From: an uncultured Desulfosarcina sp.
GTDB taxonomy: Bacteria > Desulfobacterota > Desulfobacteria > Desulfobacterales > Desulfosarcinaceae
NCBI GenBank assembly: GCA_963674945.2
Contig: CAXXWQ010000004.1
Span: 480,001-544,000 of the forward strand
Direction of reading: 5' to 3'
DNA: 64,000 nucleotides
The notes beneath the pieces were generated by a model that was given only the letters and a program-made list of their open reading frames with translations, did no database searches and was not told the origin of the DNA. Position numbers and translations under genes: made by a program. Shown piece by piece: positions 9,845 through 19,894 of this stretch; the first letter of the stretch is position 1; each line of letters begins with the position of its first letter.

Positions 9845-11896
9845 TTAGAAGGTCCATGTCAGCTTGCCGTACACGCTGCGTTCCACTTCGGTGACGGCGG
9901 TGTCCAGATAAAGTTCGCGATATTCCAGGTGACTGGGATCCAAAAGATTGCATCCCACCAGACTCAGTTCCAGGTGATTCGTCGGGCGCCAGGCGAGTCG
10001 CAGGTCCAGGGTCGTATACGCCGGTACGTCATGGGCGTCAACATCACCCGCGTATCGCAGCCAGGCATCCAGTTGCACATCGTATGGCAGCTGCACCATG
10101 GAAAACAGGGATACCTGATGGTCGGGTGAATTTTCCGCCCTGGCCGCCAGTTCAGGAATCAGTGACGTTTCATCGGCCTCCAACGTGACGTTGAGCCAGG
10201 TGTAAGCCATGCGAAGTTTCCACCAAGGCTTCGGAAAAACGTCCACGGCCGCCTCCAATCCGTAAGAGTAACCATCCATATCGGTACCCCACCCCAGGTA
10301 AAGAACGTTATGGGGAACGGGGTCGGTTTCAAATTCAAAATCGGTCATTGCCAGCGTCCCCTGGTTGTCGTATCGATTGTAGAAGGCGGCAAGATCCATG
10401 GAGACCATCGGATGGAGAACGATTCGGTAGCCGGCCTCGAAGGCCCAGACGGTTTCCGATTCCAGGTCCGCTGTGCCGACGACATAGACGTCCGAAGGAT
10501 ACGGCATCGTCAGAGGATCGGGTGGAATCACAATGGATCGGTATACGGAGGTTGCTTCGGCTCGAGACGGTGTCCGGATGGCTCTGGAGACAGCCCCCCA
10601 CAAGGTATCGGTATTATTTACATTCCATCGAATCCGGGCGCTGGGCTGGATTTCGAATCCCGTGTAGTCGTTACGCTCGAACTTGGACCCCAGGGTCAGC
10701 CATAGGGTCTCGGCCGCGACCATGATTTCATCCTGAACAAAGGCGCTGAAAAGATGGTCGTTCAGGGAATCCGGATCATAATAGGCCCGAACGCCTGAAT
10801 CGGTATCCGTCCAACCGAACCGATACCCCAAGCCCCAGGTGATCTCCTGGCGTGCACCCAAGTGAAAGTGATGCTGAAAATCAAGATCGAGAGAATCTTC
10901 CCGAACATCGGCGGTAATGTCTTCATAACGATCTTGGACATAGTAAAGTTGCAGCGCCGTTCCCGAAGTGGCCGACAACCGACGGCTCCAGCGGCCCAAT
11001 ATGTATGCCCCCGTGGAATCCGAATCGGAGTTTACCGCTTCCACGTATGGCGCCGCCAAGGAGGGCAGGTTGTGGGTCTGACCGGCACTGCCGGTGATGA
11101 TATTGCCATGCAGGCTCCAGGCATTGTCTTCGGTAAACGTCCCGTCGGCACGAAAACCGGTCATGAAGTTTTGCCAGTCATTATAGCCCTCTTGTCCTGA
11201 TGCCTCGTCGAACCCCTTTCGGTCATTGGCTTTGGCAAAAATACGATAATGGCCGGTATCTCCCAATTCTCCTCCATGGCGAACGGCGCCGAAGGCCCGC
11301 TCATGGGTACCGCCGCCACCGGAAACAAGGGTTCCTTGGGTATCAACGGCCGTTTTGGTGATAATATTAATGATGCCGTTCACGGCGTTGGCGCCCCAGA
11401 TACTGGCGCCTGGCCCCCGGACCACCTCGATCCGCTCGATGTCTTCGAGCATGATGTCCTGCTCCTCCCACAACACACCTGAAAAAAACGGGCTGTATAT
11501 GGTCCGCCCATCGATGAGGACGAGCAGCTTGGTAGCGAAACGGCCATTCAATCCCCGGGCGGTGATGGCCCATTTGTTGCCGTCCACTTGGGCGACCTGG
11601 ACGCCCGGGGCCATGCGCAGGGCGTCCATGATGGTGGTCACCCCAGAACGCCGTATGTCCTCCTGGGTGATGATGAAGGCGGCGGCGGCGGTATCGGAAA
11701 GTTTCTGGGGTTTTCGGGATGCCGATGTGATTTCGATCTCCATCAATTCTTCCAGGCTCATGGTGGTCAGATCCACTGTATGTGCGACGGCAACCCACGG
11801 GACGAGGGCGATGACAATTGCCATCAGGACCGAAATGATTCGACTGCATCGACCTTCGGGGCATCGATTCTTCGGTTGTTTTGGGTTTACCACCAT
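9845..11896 (-). CDS. TonB-dependent outer membrane receptor (copy 2)
   Basis: Plug motif DIERIEVVRGPGASIWGANAVNGIINIITK; beta-barrel ending in C-terminal Phe (YGKLTWTF). Confidence 0.93.
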   Translation of the reverse strand: MVVNPKQPKNRCPEGRCSRIISVLMAIVIALVPWVAVAHTVDLTTMSLEELMEIEITSASRKPQKLSDTAAAAFIITQEDIRRSGVTTIMDALRMAPGVQVAQVDGNKWAITARGLNGRFATKLLVLIDGRTIYSPFFSGVLWEEQDIMLEDIERIEVVRGPGASIWGANAVNGIINIITKTAVDTQGTLVSGGGGTHERAFGAVRHGGELGDTGHYRIFAKANDRKGFDEASGQEGYNDWQNFMTGFRADGTFTEDNAWSLHGNIITGSAGQTHNLPSLAAPYVEAVNSDSDSTGAYILGRWSRRLSATSGTALQLYYVQDRYEDITADVREDSLDLDFQHHFHLGARQEITWGLGYRFGWTDTDSGVRAYYDPDSLNDHLFSAFVQDEIMVAAETLWLTLGSKFERNDYTGFEIQPSARIRWNVNNTDTLWGAVSRAIRTPSRAEATSVYRSIVIPPDPLTMPYPSDVYVVGTADLESETVWAFEAGYRIVLHPMVSMDLAAFYNRYDNQGTLAMTDFEFETDPVPHNVLYLGWGTDMDGYSYGLEAAVDVFPKPWWKLRMAYTWLNVTLEADETSLIPELAARAENSPDHQVSLFSMVQLPYDVQLDAWLRYAGDVDAHDVPAYTTLDLRLAWRPTNHLELSLVGCNLLDPSHLEYRELYLDTAVTEVERSVYGKLTWTF

Positions 11897-11938
11897 CGAT
11901 ATGATCCAATTTCCATGAAAAAAGCGGAAACCAACGAA

Positions 11939-14047
11939 CTAAAACTGCCAGGTCAGTTTACCGTAAAAACTTCGCTCCACCTCGGTTGCAGCGGTATCCA
12001 GATAGGCTTCCTGATACTCCTGGTGTCTTGCATCCAGCAGGTTGCGGCCCACCAGGGAAAATTCCAGATCCTTCACCGGCCGCCAGGCCAGGCGAAGATC
12101 CATTGTCATGTAAGCCGGCACACCCAGCCTCTCGAGCTCATCCACATACCGCAACCAGGTATCCAGCTGAATCCCATATGGCAGCTCCATCATGGAGAGC
12201 AAAGAGACCTGGTGCTCGGGAGAATATTCGGCTCCGGCTTCTATCTCTTGGGCAAAAGATCCGCTCCCGCCATCCAGGGAGAGATCAAACCAAGTATATG
12301 CCAGACGCAGTTTCCACCACTTTTGGGGAATGACATCCACAGCAGCTTCGAAGCCGTAGGATTCTCCTTCTGTCTCATTTCCCCACCCAACATTCATGAT
12401 GTAGTGGGCCGAAGGATCGCTTTCGAACGTCAGATTTTCCCGATAGTAAGATTGCATGTTGTCATACTGACTGAAAAAAGTGGTCAAATCCAGGGAGACC
12501 CACTCATTGAGGACATTGCGATACCCGATCTCATATGTCCATGCCGCCTCGGAATCATATTGCTCATTGCCAACGGAGGTAACAACCGTAGGATAGGCCA
12601 GCACCGGCGGCAATGGTGGAATGACGGCTCCCATATAAAGGGTGGAGACCTCTCCCCGGTTAGGCGTCCTCACCGCACGGGATACGGCACCCCACAGTGT
12701 GTTGCCCGTATCGATGTTCCACCGGATGCGGGCAGTCGGCTGGATTTCGAACCCGGTATAGTCGTTGTGCTCGAATTTGGATCCCAGCGTCACTGCGACG
12801 GCGTCATCCAACAGTTCGATCTGGTCCTGGACAAAGGCGCTGAACAAATTGTCCCCCATCCTTTCCGGTTCGAAATGGACCCGTAATCCCGGATCGGTAT
12901 CGGTCCGGATGAAACGGTACCCCAATCCCCAGGTGATCTCATGGTATCGCCCCAGGTCGAATCGATGCTGAAAGTCCACGTCAATGGTGTCTTCCATGAC
13001 CTGGGTGTTGATGTCATCATAATGATCATGGGCATAGTACATCTGGAGGGATGCCTCGGAACCGTTCGTCGATCGATGGTTCCAGTGCCCCATCAGATAC
13101 CCGCCGGCGGCGTCGGATTCGGAGATGATCTCTTCCTGATAGGGGGGCGTCAGCGTGAGATTACCGTAATTCTGTTCCATGGATTCGGCACGAAGATTAC
13201 CGTGAAAGCGCCACGTATCATCATTTGCAAGGACTCCGTCCGCCCGGAAACCGGCCATCCTGGTCTTCCAGTCGTTGTTGCCTTCCTCTCCCGACAATTC
13301 TTCGAACCCCCCTCGATCGGCGGCCTTGGCGAAGACACGGTACTGCGTGTTGGCACCAATCGTCCCTCCATGGCGAACGGTGCCGAAAACCCGTTCATGG
13401 GTGCCGCCTCCGCCGGATAACAGCGTTCCCTGGGTGTCGGCGGCGGACTTGGTGATGATATTGATGATCCCGTTGACGGCGTTGGCCCCCCAGACGCTGC
13501 CGCCGGGTCCCCGGATCACCTCGATGCGCTCGACATCTTCGAGCATGATGTCCTGCTCCTCCCACAACACGCCCGACGTGAAGTGGGAATAAATGGAACG
13601 TCCGTCCATGAGGACGAGAAGCTTGTTGGCAAACCGTCCGTTGAAACCCCTGGCGGTGACGGCCCATTTGTTGCCGTCGATCTGGGCCACATGGATCCCC
13701 GGCGCCATGCGCAGGGCGTCCATGACGGTGGTCACACCCGAACGCTTTATGTCTTCCTGGGTGATGATGAAAGCGGCGGCGGCGGTATTGGAAAGCTTCT
13801 GGGGTTTTCTGGCCGCCGAAGTGATTTCGATCTCCATCAGCTCTTCCAGGCTCATGGCGGTCAGGTCAATGGATTCCGCCATTGTCGTTAAAGGAAAAAG
13901 GGTGACGAGTAGGACCAGCAGGAAACAGACAACGCTGCCACCAGCCCCCTTGCCTCCCGAATTCCGATGGGAATCCCGATAGAATGTCGAATTTCTGTCA
14001 GACGTCAATAAACGGCCCGGTTCCCTGTTTGTCAGCCACACTTCCAT
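11939..14047 (-). CDS. TonB-dependent outer membrane receptor (copy 1); start uncertain
   Basis: Plug motif DVERIEVIRGPGGSVWGANAVNGIINIITK; ends YGKLTWQF. It is a paralog of the adjacent receptor. Confidence 0.93.
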   Translation of the reverse strand: MEVWLTNREPGRLLTSDRNSTFYRDSHRNSGGKGAGGSVVCFLLVLLVTLFPLTTMAESIDLTAMSLEELMEIEITSAARKPQKLSNTAAAAFIITQEDIKRSGVTTVMDALRMAPGIHVAQIDGNKWAVTARGFNGRFANKLLVLMDGRSIYSHFTSGVLWEEQDIMLEDVERIEVIRGPGGSVWGANAVNGIINIITKSAADTQGTLLSGGGGTHERVFGTVRHGGTIGANTQYRVFAKAADRGGFEELSGEEGNNDWKTRMAGFRADGVLANDDTWRFHGNLRAESMEQNYGNLTLTPPYQEEIISESDAAGGYLMGHWNHRSTNGSEASLQMYYAHDHYDDINTQVMEDTIDVDFQHRFDLGRYHEITWGLGYRFIRTDTDPGLRVHFEPERMGDNLFSAFVQDQIELLDDAVAVTLGSKFEHNDYTGFEIQPTARIRWNIDTGNTLWGAVSRAVRTPNRGEVSTLYMGAVIPPLPPVLAYPTVVTSVGNEQYDSEAAWTYEIGYRNVLNEWVSLDLTTFFSQYDNMQSYYRENLTFESDPSAHYIMNVGWGNETEGESYGFEAAVDVIPQKWWKLRLAYTWFDLSLDGGSGSFAQEIEAGAEYSPEHQVSLLSMMELPYGIQLDTWLRYVDELERLGVPAYMTMDLRLAWRPVKDLEFSLVGRNLLDARHQEYQEAYLDTAATEVERSFYGKLTWQF

Positions 14048-14278
14048 TGGTCCGATCTATCTGTATCTTTCGAAAAAAAAAGTTAACATTGCATTTATCG
14101 GCGCTTTTTATATAAAGGTAAAAAAATTGTATCGAAAAAACAGACAAATAAGGAAAGCGAACCAAAAACGCCGACACCGATATCAATCGTCCCTGCGGCC
14201 TGATACGAATCTTTCTCCATCGTGCAAAGGGCGGTCAAACTCGCAAGCCGCTTGGCAACACAAGGGAACCAGCGCTGC

Positions 14279-15655
14279 ATGACCAAGTCCCGAAAACAAC
14301 CGTACCGGCCCGAAACCAGACGATCCGGGCCCACTATCGCCAAAAAGGCATGGCACGCCGTCAGCGGCACGCCGGCACCACGCAATGAACGACGTTGGCG
14401 CACCTACCTGCTCCTTCACTTTCGCCCCCGGCAGGTAAATCAAGAGACCCTGCGATTCACCCTCAGCTGGGGACTAGGGGGAATGGCGGCCACATTGGTG
14501 ATCATCCAGCTGACCACCGGCGTGCTCTTGAAATTCGTCTACGTTCCCACACCGGTGGGCGCCTATGCATCGGTTCAGGCCATTATCCACCAGGTTCCTT
14601 TCGGACGGCTGATGCGAAATTTACACTACTGGTCGGCAAATATCCTCGTCGCCACCCTTTTTTTTCATATGTGCCGGGTTTTTTTCACCGGCGCCTTCCA
14701 TCCTCCCCGGCAGTTGAACTGGATCGTCGGCCTCTTCCTCTTTCTCCTGATACTTGCGGCCAACCTGTCCGGATACCTGCTCCCCTACGATCAGTTGGCC
14801 TATTGGGCCGTCACCGTCATCACGGCAATGCTCGATTATTTGCCCGGTATCGGCGTCCTTGCCGACAGTGCAGAACTGGGTCCACGGACCCTTCCCTTTT
14901 TTTATGGTCTTCACACGGCGGTCATCCCTTCCTTGTTGTTGCTTTTCATGGGATTTCACTTCTGGAGGATCCGCAAGGCCGGCGGTCTGGTGATACCGCG
15001 TCGTCCAGGCGATGGCATGAACGCTCACCCTGAAAAAGTGCCGACAATGCCCCACCTGCTGCTCCGGGAAACATCGGTGGCCTTGATGTTGACAGCGACA
15101 CTTTTGATGATCGCCATCTTCTTCGATGCCGCGATCGGAGAACCGGCCAACCCGGGGCTAAGTCCCAACCCGGTGCGCGCACCCTGGTATTTTGCCGGAT
15201 TTCAAGAGCTGCTCTTGCACGTTCACCCGAAGATGGCCGTCTGTGTAATACCCATATCCGTGGCCCTCTTTTTGGTGTGTATTCCCTATCTTCCCGACCC
15301 CGGGTCCACTGCGGGTATCTGGTTTTCATCCAACCGCGGCAGAATGCAGGTTTGCATCACCGCCGCAGCAGCCATTTGCACGGTTATTCTTTCTATCGTC
15401 GTGGATACCATGATGATTAAGAAGGCCGCCTGGGCCGGCAACATGTCTATGCTGGTTCGGGACGGCCTTTTCCCCTTGGCGGCCTTGAGTGCGATAACGG
15501 TGGGGTATATCGGATTCATGAAATACCGGTGGAAGGCCAACCGGAACGAAATGATCCAGGCGCTCGTTGTGGCCATCATTTCCGCACTGATGGTGTTGAC
15601 CATAACGGGAATCTTTTTTCGCGGACCGTCCATGAAACTGACCTGGCCAGTGTGA
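14279..15655 (+). CDS. Cytochrome b (b6 + subunit IV fused) of a Rieske/cytb complex
   Basis: Four heme-ligand histidines (RNLHYW...FHMCRVF; GLHTAV...GFHFW), GYLLPYDQLAYWA, and APWYF at the PEWY position. An alternative upstream start is GTG 14222. Confidence 0.9.
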   Translation: MTKSRKQPYRPETRRSGPTIAKKAWHAVSGTPAPRNERRWRTYLLLHFRPRQVNQETLRFTLSWGLGGMAATLVIIQLTTGVLLKFVYVPTPVGAYASVQAIIHQVPFGRLMRNLHYWSANILVATLFFHMCRVFFTGAFHPPRQLNWIVGLFLFLLILAANLSGYLLPYDQLAYWAVTVITAMLDYLPGIGVLADSAELGPRTLPFFYGLHTAVIPSLLLLFMGFHFWRIRKAGGLVIPRRPGDGMNAHPEKVPTMPHLLLRETSVALMLTATLLMIAIFFDAAIGEPANPGLSPNPVRAPWYFAGFQELLLHVHPKMAVCVIPISVALFLVCIPYLPDPGSTAGIWFSSNRGRMQVCITAAAAICTVILSIVVDTMMIKKAAWAGNMSMLVRDGLFPLAALSAITVGYIGFMKYRWKANRNEMIQALVVAIISALMVLTITGIFFRGPSMKLTWPV

Positions 15656-15662
15656 AAAGAGA

Positions 15663-16205
15663 GTGAAACAAACGACGATGACGAATAAGACCGCCCGTGG
15701 GTCCATCCAAGAAGATCCGTCACCGATAGCAAATGACCGACGCGGCTTTCTAAATGGCCTGTGGATCGGGCTGGGGGGGCTCGCCCTGGCCGAAATCATC
15801 TGGGTGGTGCGATCCTTTTTCCGTCTTCGAAAACCGATCGGTGCATCCGGCTCCATCGGAAAAATCTTCGATGCCGGTTCCGTCTCCCGTTACTCTCCCA
15901 ATACGGTGACCGCTTTCCCCCAGGGCCGTTTCTATCTGGCCTGTCTGGCGGACGGTGGATTTCTCGCCCTGTCACGCCGCTGCACCCACCTGGGATGCAC
16001 GGTGCCCTGGGACGCGGGAAAGATGCAGTTCGTCTGCCCCTGCCACGCCTCCACCTTCGACATCCACGGGGCGGTGATCCAGTCTCCGGCACCGCGGCCC
16101 CTGGACCGCTTCGCCGTTACCATCGAAAACGACCGCATCCGGGTCGCCATTGACAGCCCCATCCGCCGAAGCGTGTTTCATCCGAACCAGGTGGTGTACA
16201 AGTGA
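15663..16205 (+). CDS. Rieske 2Fe-2S protein with Tat signal/anchor
   Basis: DRRGFL twin-arginine motif; CTHLGC and CPCHAS boxes. An alternative start is ATG 15678. Confidence 0.93.
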   Translation: MKQTTMTNKTARGSIQEDPSPIANDRRGFLNGLWIGLGGLALAEIIWVVRSFFRLRKPIGASGSIGKIFDAGSVSRYSPNTVTAFPQGRFYLACLADGGFLALSRRCTHLGCTVPWDAGKMQFVCPCHASTFDIHGAVIQSPAPRPLDRFAVTIENDRIRVAIDSPIRRSVFHPNQVVYK

Positions 16206-18523
16206 ACGATGCACCCCTTGTCCGATGGAAGCTCGCCGGTATCGCGGCGACCCTGGTCATCGTCCTGGCATTTCCCCTGTATTTCCTGCAGGAGCATTTC
16301 AGAAAAGAGAAGGTCCGGCCATCAACGGATTCACAGGCCAGTTTCACGGGCAGCGAAAGCTGCCGGGACTGCCACCAAAACGAATACGACAAATGGAACG
16401 GATCCCACCACCAGCTGGCCATGGCCGTTGCCTCGGAGAAAACGGTTCTCGGCGATTTCTCCGATACCACATTTCGATATTTCGGCGTGAACAATCGGTT
16501 TTACAGAAAGAACGGCCGGTTCATGGTTTCCACCATCGGGCCGGAAGGGAAAATAGGGGAATTTACGATCTCCCACACATTCGGCTGGTATCCCCTTCAG
16601 CAGTACCTGATCGACTTTCCCCAAGGGCGCCGGCAATGCCTGCCCATCGCATGGGACACACGGGAAAAACGATGGTTTCATCTCTATCCCGACGAACCGT
16701 TGGCATCCGACGACTGGCTTTACTGGACCAATAACGGGCAGAACTGGAACGCCATGTGCGCCGAATGTCACAGCACCGACCTTCGCAAGAACTATGATCC
16801 GGCCACCGGTGCCTACCGGACCACATGGTCGGAAATCAGCGTGGGATGCGAGGCCTGCCACGGCCCGGGGTCGCACCATGTGGCTTGGGCCAGGTTGCCG
16901 GATATGGGGCGACCGGCGATAGACAACGCGGCCCTTTCCGTGGTGACGAGCGACCTTACTTCCGCCCGGCAGATTCAGCTGTGCGCACCCTGCCACAGCC
17001 GCCGCATGTCCCTGGGCGACAACATGCACGCCCATGATGATTTTCTCGACTACGGCATCCCCCAGCTGCTCACCGAGGGCATGTACTTCGCCGACGGCCA
17101 GATCCTCGATGAGGTTTACGTCTACGGTTCCTTCCTTCAGAGCAAGATGCACGCCCGGGACGTAAAGTGCAGCGACTGCCATGACGTTCACAGTATCAAA
17201 CGGATCAAAACCGGAAACGATCTGTGTCTTCAATGCCACCGGGCGGCCGTTTACGACACCGCGGATCACCATTTTCACAAGAAAGAGGGGGAAAAAGGCG
17301 ATCCCATTCGTGCAAAAAGCGGAGATATCCTGTTTGATGTGGGCAGCGGCGCCAGCTGCGAGGCCTGCCACATGCCGGGCCGCACCTACATGGGTGTGGA
17401 TTACCGGCCCGACCACAGCTTTCGCATCCCGCGGCCGGACCTGAGCCGGCCCCTCAATACCCCCAATGCCTGCAACCGGTGTCATGGCAACAAAACAATC
17501 CAGTGGTCCGTGGATGCCATGGCCAAATGGTACGGCAAGAAAAAACGACCCCACTACGGCACGATCCTTTCCGCCGGTCGCCGCCGGGCCCCGGAGGCGC
17601 TGGATCCGTTGATCCGCCTGGCACACGATCGCCTTTACCCCACCATCGTAAGGGCCACGGCCCTGTCCCTTGCCGCCGATTATGGGGACGATGCTGCCAA
17701 TCGGACGCTGGAGATCGCCCTTTCCGACGAATCGGCCCTAGTTCGCCACACGGCGGTGAACCGCATCGTTTTTCCCGATCCCAAAGAGCGGGTGGAAAAG
17801 ACCGGACCGCTGCTCTACGATCCGGTGCGGGCCGTTCGCATGGAGGCGGCCCGCACCCTGGTTCCGGCCATTCGGTCAGGATACGGCGCCAATTTACGTG
17901 AACCTTATGAAAAAGCGCTGGCCGAATATATCGCGGCAATGGAGCGCACCGGCGATTTTTCCGCGTCCCGCCACAATCTGGGCAACCTTTACGCGGACCT
18001 GGGCCAGACCGATCAGGCCATCGCCCACTATCGAAAGGCCATGGCCATTGACCGCCTCTTTTACCCGGCCAAGGTGAATCTGGCCATGATCTACAACGGG
18101 CAGGGGAAAAAAGAGGAGGCCGAACGGCTGCTGCGCCGGGTGGTGGCAGAACATCCGGACCTGTATGAGATCAAGTACTCTTTGGGCCTGCTGCTGGCCG
18201 AGAAAGATGCGTTGGATGAAGCCGTCATTTTCCTTGGCGATGCGGCGGCCGGATTGCCCCAACGCGCCCGCATCCACTACAATCTCTCATTGCTGCTCAA
18301 ACGATTAAACCGCACCGCCGATGCCGAAACCGCCTTGGGCCGTGCTCTCTCCGTGGAACCCGAGAATCCGGACTTTCTGTACGCCCTGGCCGTTCTCTAC
18401 CTGGATTCCGGCCGTCCGGAGAAAGCCCTCGATGTGGCCGGGCGGCTGCAAGCGGCCTATCCGCACCTGGCATTGGCCCGCGATCTTGTCGCATATGTGG
18501 AGAAACAACTGGCGGCCCCTTAG
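16202..18523 (+). CDS. Membrane-anchored octaheme cytochrome c with HEAT-like and TPR repeats
   Basis: Eight CxxCH motifs (CRDCH, CAECH, CEACH, CAPCH, CSDCH, CLQCH, CEACH, CNRCH), an N-terminal TM helix, and C-terminal TPRs (HNLGNLY...AIAHYRKA). Confidence 0.9.
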   Translation: MNDAPLVRWKLAGIAATLVIVLAFPLYFLQEHFRKEKVRPSTDSQASFTGSESCRDCHQNEYDKWNGSHHQLAMAVASEKTVLGDFSDTTFRYFGVNNRFYRKNGRFMVSTIGPEGKIGEFTISHTFGWYPLQQYLIDFPQGRRQCLPIAWDTREKRWFHLYPDEPLASDDWLYWTNNGQNWNAMCAECHSTDLRKNYDPATGAYRTTWSEISVGCEACHGPGSHHVAWARLPDMGRPAIDNAALSVVTSDLTSARQIQLCAPCHSRRMSLGDNMHAHDDFLDYGIPQLLTEGMYFADGQILDEVYVYGSFLQSKMHARDVKCSDCHDVHSIKRIKTGNDLCLQCHRAAVYDTADHHFHKKEGEKGDPIRAKSGDILFDVGSGASCEACHMPGRTYMGVDYRPDHSFRIPRPDLSRPLNTPNACNRCHGNKTIQWSVDAMAKWYGKKKRPHYGTILSAGRRRAPEALDPLIRLAHDRLYPTIVRATALSLAADYGDDAANRTLEIALSDESALVRHTAVNRIVFPDPKERVEKTGPLLYDPVRAVRMEAARTLVPAIRSGYGANLREPYEKALAEYIAAMERTGDFSASRHNLGNLYADLGQTDQAIAHYRKAMAIDRLFYPAKVNLAMIYNGQGKKEEAERLLRRVVAEHPDLYEIKYSLGLLLAEKDALDEAVIFLGDAAAGLPQRARIHYNLSLLLKRLNRTADAETALGRALSVEPENPDFLYALAVLYLDSGRPEKALDVAGRLQAAYPHLALARDLVAYVEKQLAAP

Positions 18524-18733
18524 GGTGCCTTTATGACTCCTCTCTTGGAAAAAACGACTCGTTTGTGTATAGTGTCACCGATGGTGTGCAGACCGGTAAC
18601 CTCCGACTGAATCTATCCCTTAGCGAATGTACCAAACACCGGTAAACGTTCCTTTTGCCGCCAGACGACACAGCATTCAATCCAACACGGTTGCGGGCAT
18701 GGTCCGCTTCCACATGATGAGAAAGTAGGCACC

Positions 18734-19888
18734 ATGAGATATTTTTCTGTGGGCATCGCCGTCTGTATGTCCTGGCTTCTGTTGGCTTGCGGTGAAAAAC
18801 AGGCATCCCAGCCCCCTGCCCTTCCCCCGCCGGCGGTCTCCGTTGTGGAAACACGGGCCGAGGACGTCCCCATCTTTCTGGAATTCGTCGGCCAGACCCA
18901 TGGAGAAAAGGACATCGCCATCCGCGCCCGCGTGGAGGGCTTCCTAGAGGGGATCCACTTTCAGGAGGGCAACGTCGTAAAAAAGGGCGACCTGTTGTAT
19001 ACGCTGGAGAGCCAGCCTTTCGAAGAGAAGGTGGCGGCACGCATGAGCAATGTTGCCGAAGCGGAGACCATGCTGGCCAAGGCCAAGGGAGATTTGGACC
19101 GGATCCGCCCCCTGGCAAAAATCAACGCGGTCAGCCAAAGCGACCTGGACGAGGCCGTGGCGGCCTACGATGCGGGGGTCTCTTCTTTGGATGCGGCCAA
19201 GGCCACCCTGCGGGCCGCCAAAATCGAGCTGAGCTACACCAAAATTTACTCGCCCATCGACGGCATCATCGGAAAAACCAAGGCCAAGGTGGGCGATTTC
19301 GTGGGGCGGGACCCCAATCCGGTGATCCTCAACACCGTCTCCAAGGTGGACACGATCCTGGTCACCTTCTTCATCACCGAATCCCAGTACCTGGAGGTGG
19401 CCCGGCATATGTCGGAGACCAGCCCGGAAGAGTCCCGGGAAACCACAGCCAACCTGCAGTTGATCCTCATCGATGGTTCGTTGTACGAGCATACCGGCAA
19501 GGTCGACTTCGTGGATCGGGAGGTGGACACCACCACCGGCGCCATGCTGGTCCAGGCCTCCTTCCCCAACCCGGAACAACTCCTGCGCCCCGGCCAGTTC
19601 GCCAGGGTCCGGATCATGGGTCGAATGATCAAAGACGGCATACTGATCCCCCAACGCTGCGTCATGGAACTGCAGGGACTGTACAGCGTCTATGTGGTGG
19701 ATGCCAACGACACCGTGGCGACCCGGGAGATCGAGATCGGCCCCAGGGTCGCATCGTCCTGGCTGATCACCCAAGGGCTCAAGCCCGGTGAGAAGGTGGT
19801 CTATGAAGGACTCCAGAAGGCCAGGGACGGCGCCACCGTGAAACCCACCGTCGTCGATATCCAATCAACAGAACAAGGAAAAAAGTAG
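18734..19888 (+). CDS. RND efflux periplasmic adaptor (MFP) lipoprotein
   Basis: Lipobox LLACG; IRARVEGFL; YTKIYSPIDGIIG; LRPGQFARV. Confidence 0.93.
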   Translation: MRYFSVGIAVCMSWLLLACGEKQASQPPALPPPAVSVVETRAEDVPIFLEFVGQTHGEKDIAIRARVEGFLEGIHFQEGNVVKKGDLLYTLESQPFEEKVAARMSNVAEAETMLAKAKGDLDRIRPLAKINAVSQSDLDEAVAAYDAGVSSLDAAKATLRAAKIELSYTKIYSPIDGIIGKTKAKVGDFVGRDPNPVILNTVSKVDTILVTFFITESQYLEVARHMSETSPEESRETTANLQLILIDGSLYEHTGKVDFVDREVDTTTGAMLVQASFPNPEQLLRPGQFARVRIMGRMIKDGILIPQRCVMELQGLYSVYVVDANDTVATREIEIGPRVASSWLITQGLKPGEKVVYEGLQKARDGATVKPTVVDIQSTEQGKK

Positions 19889-19894
19889 GCAGCC

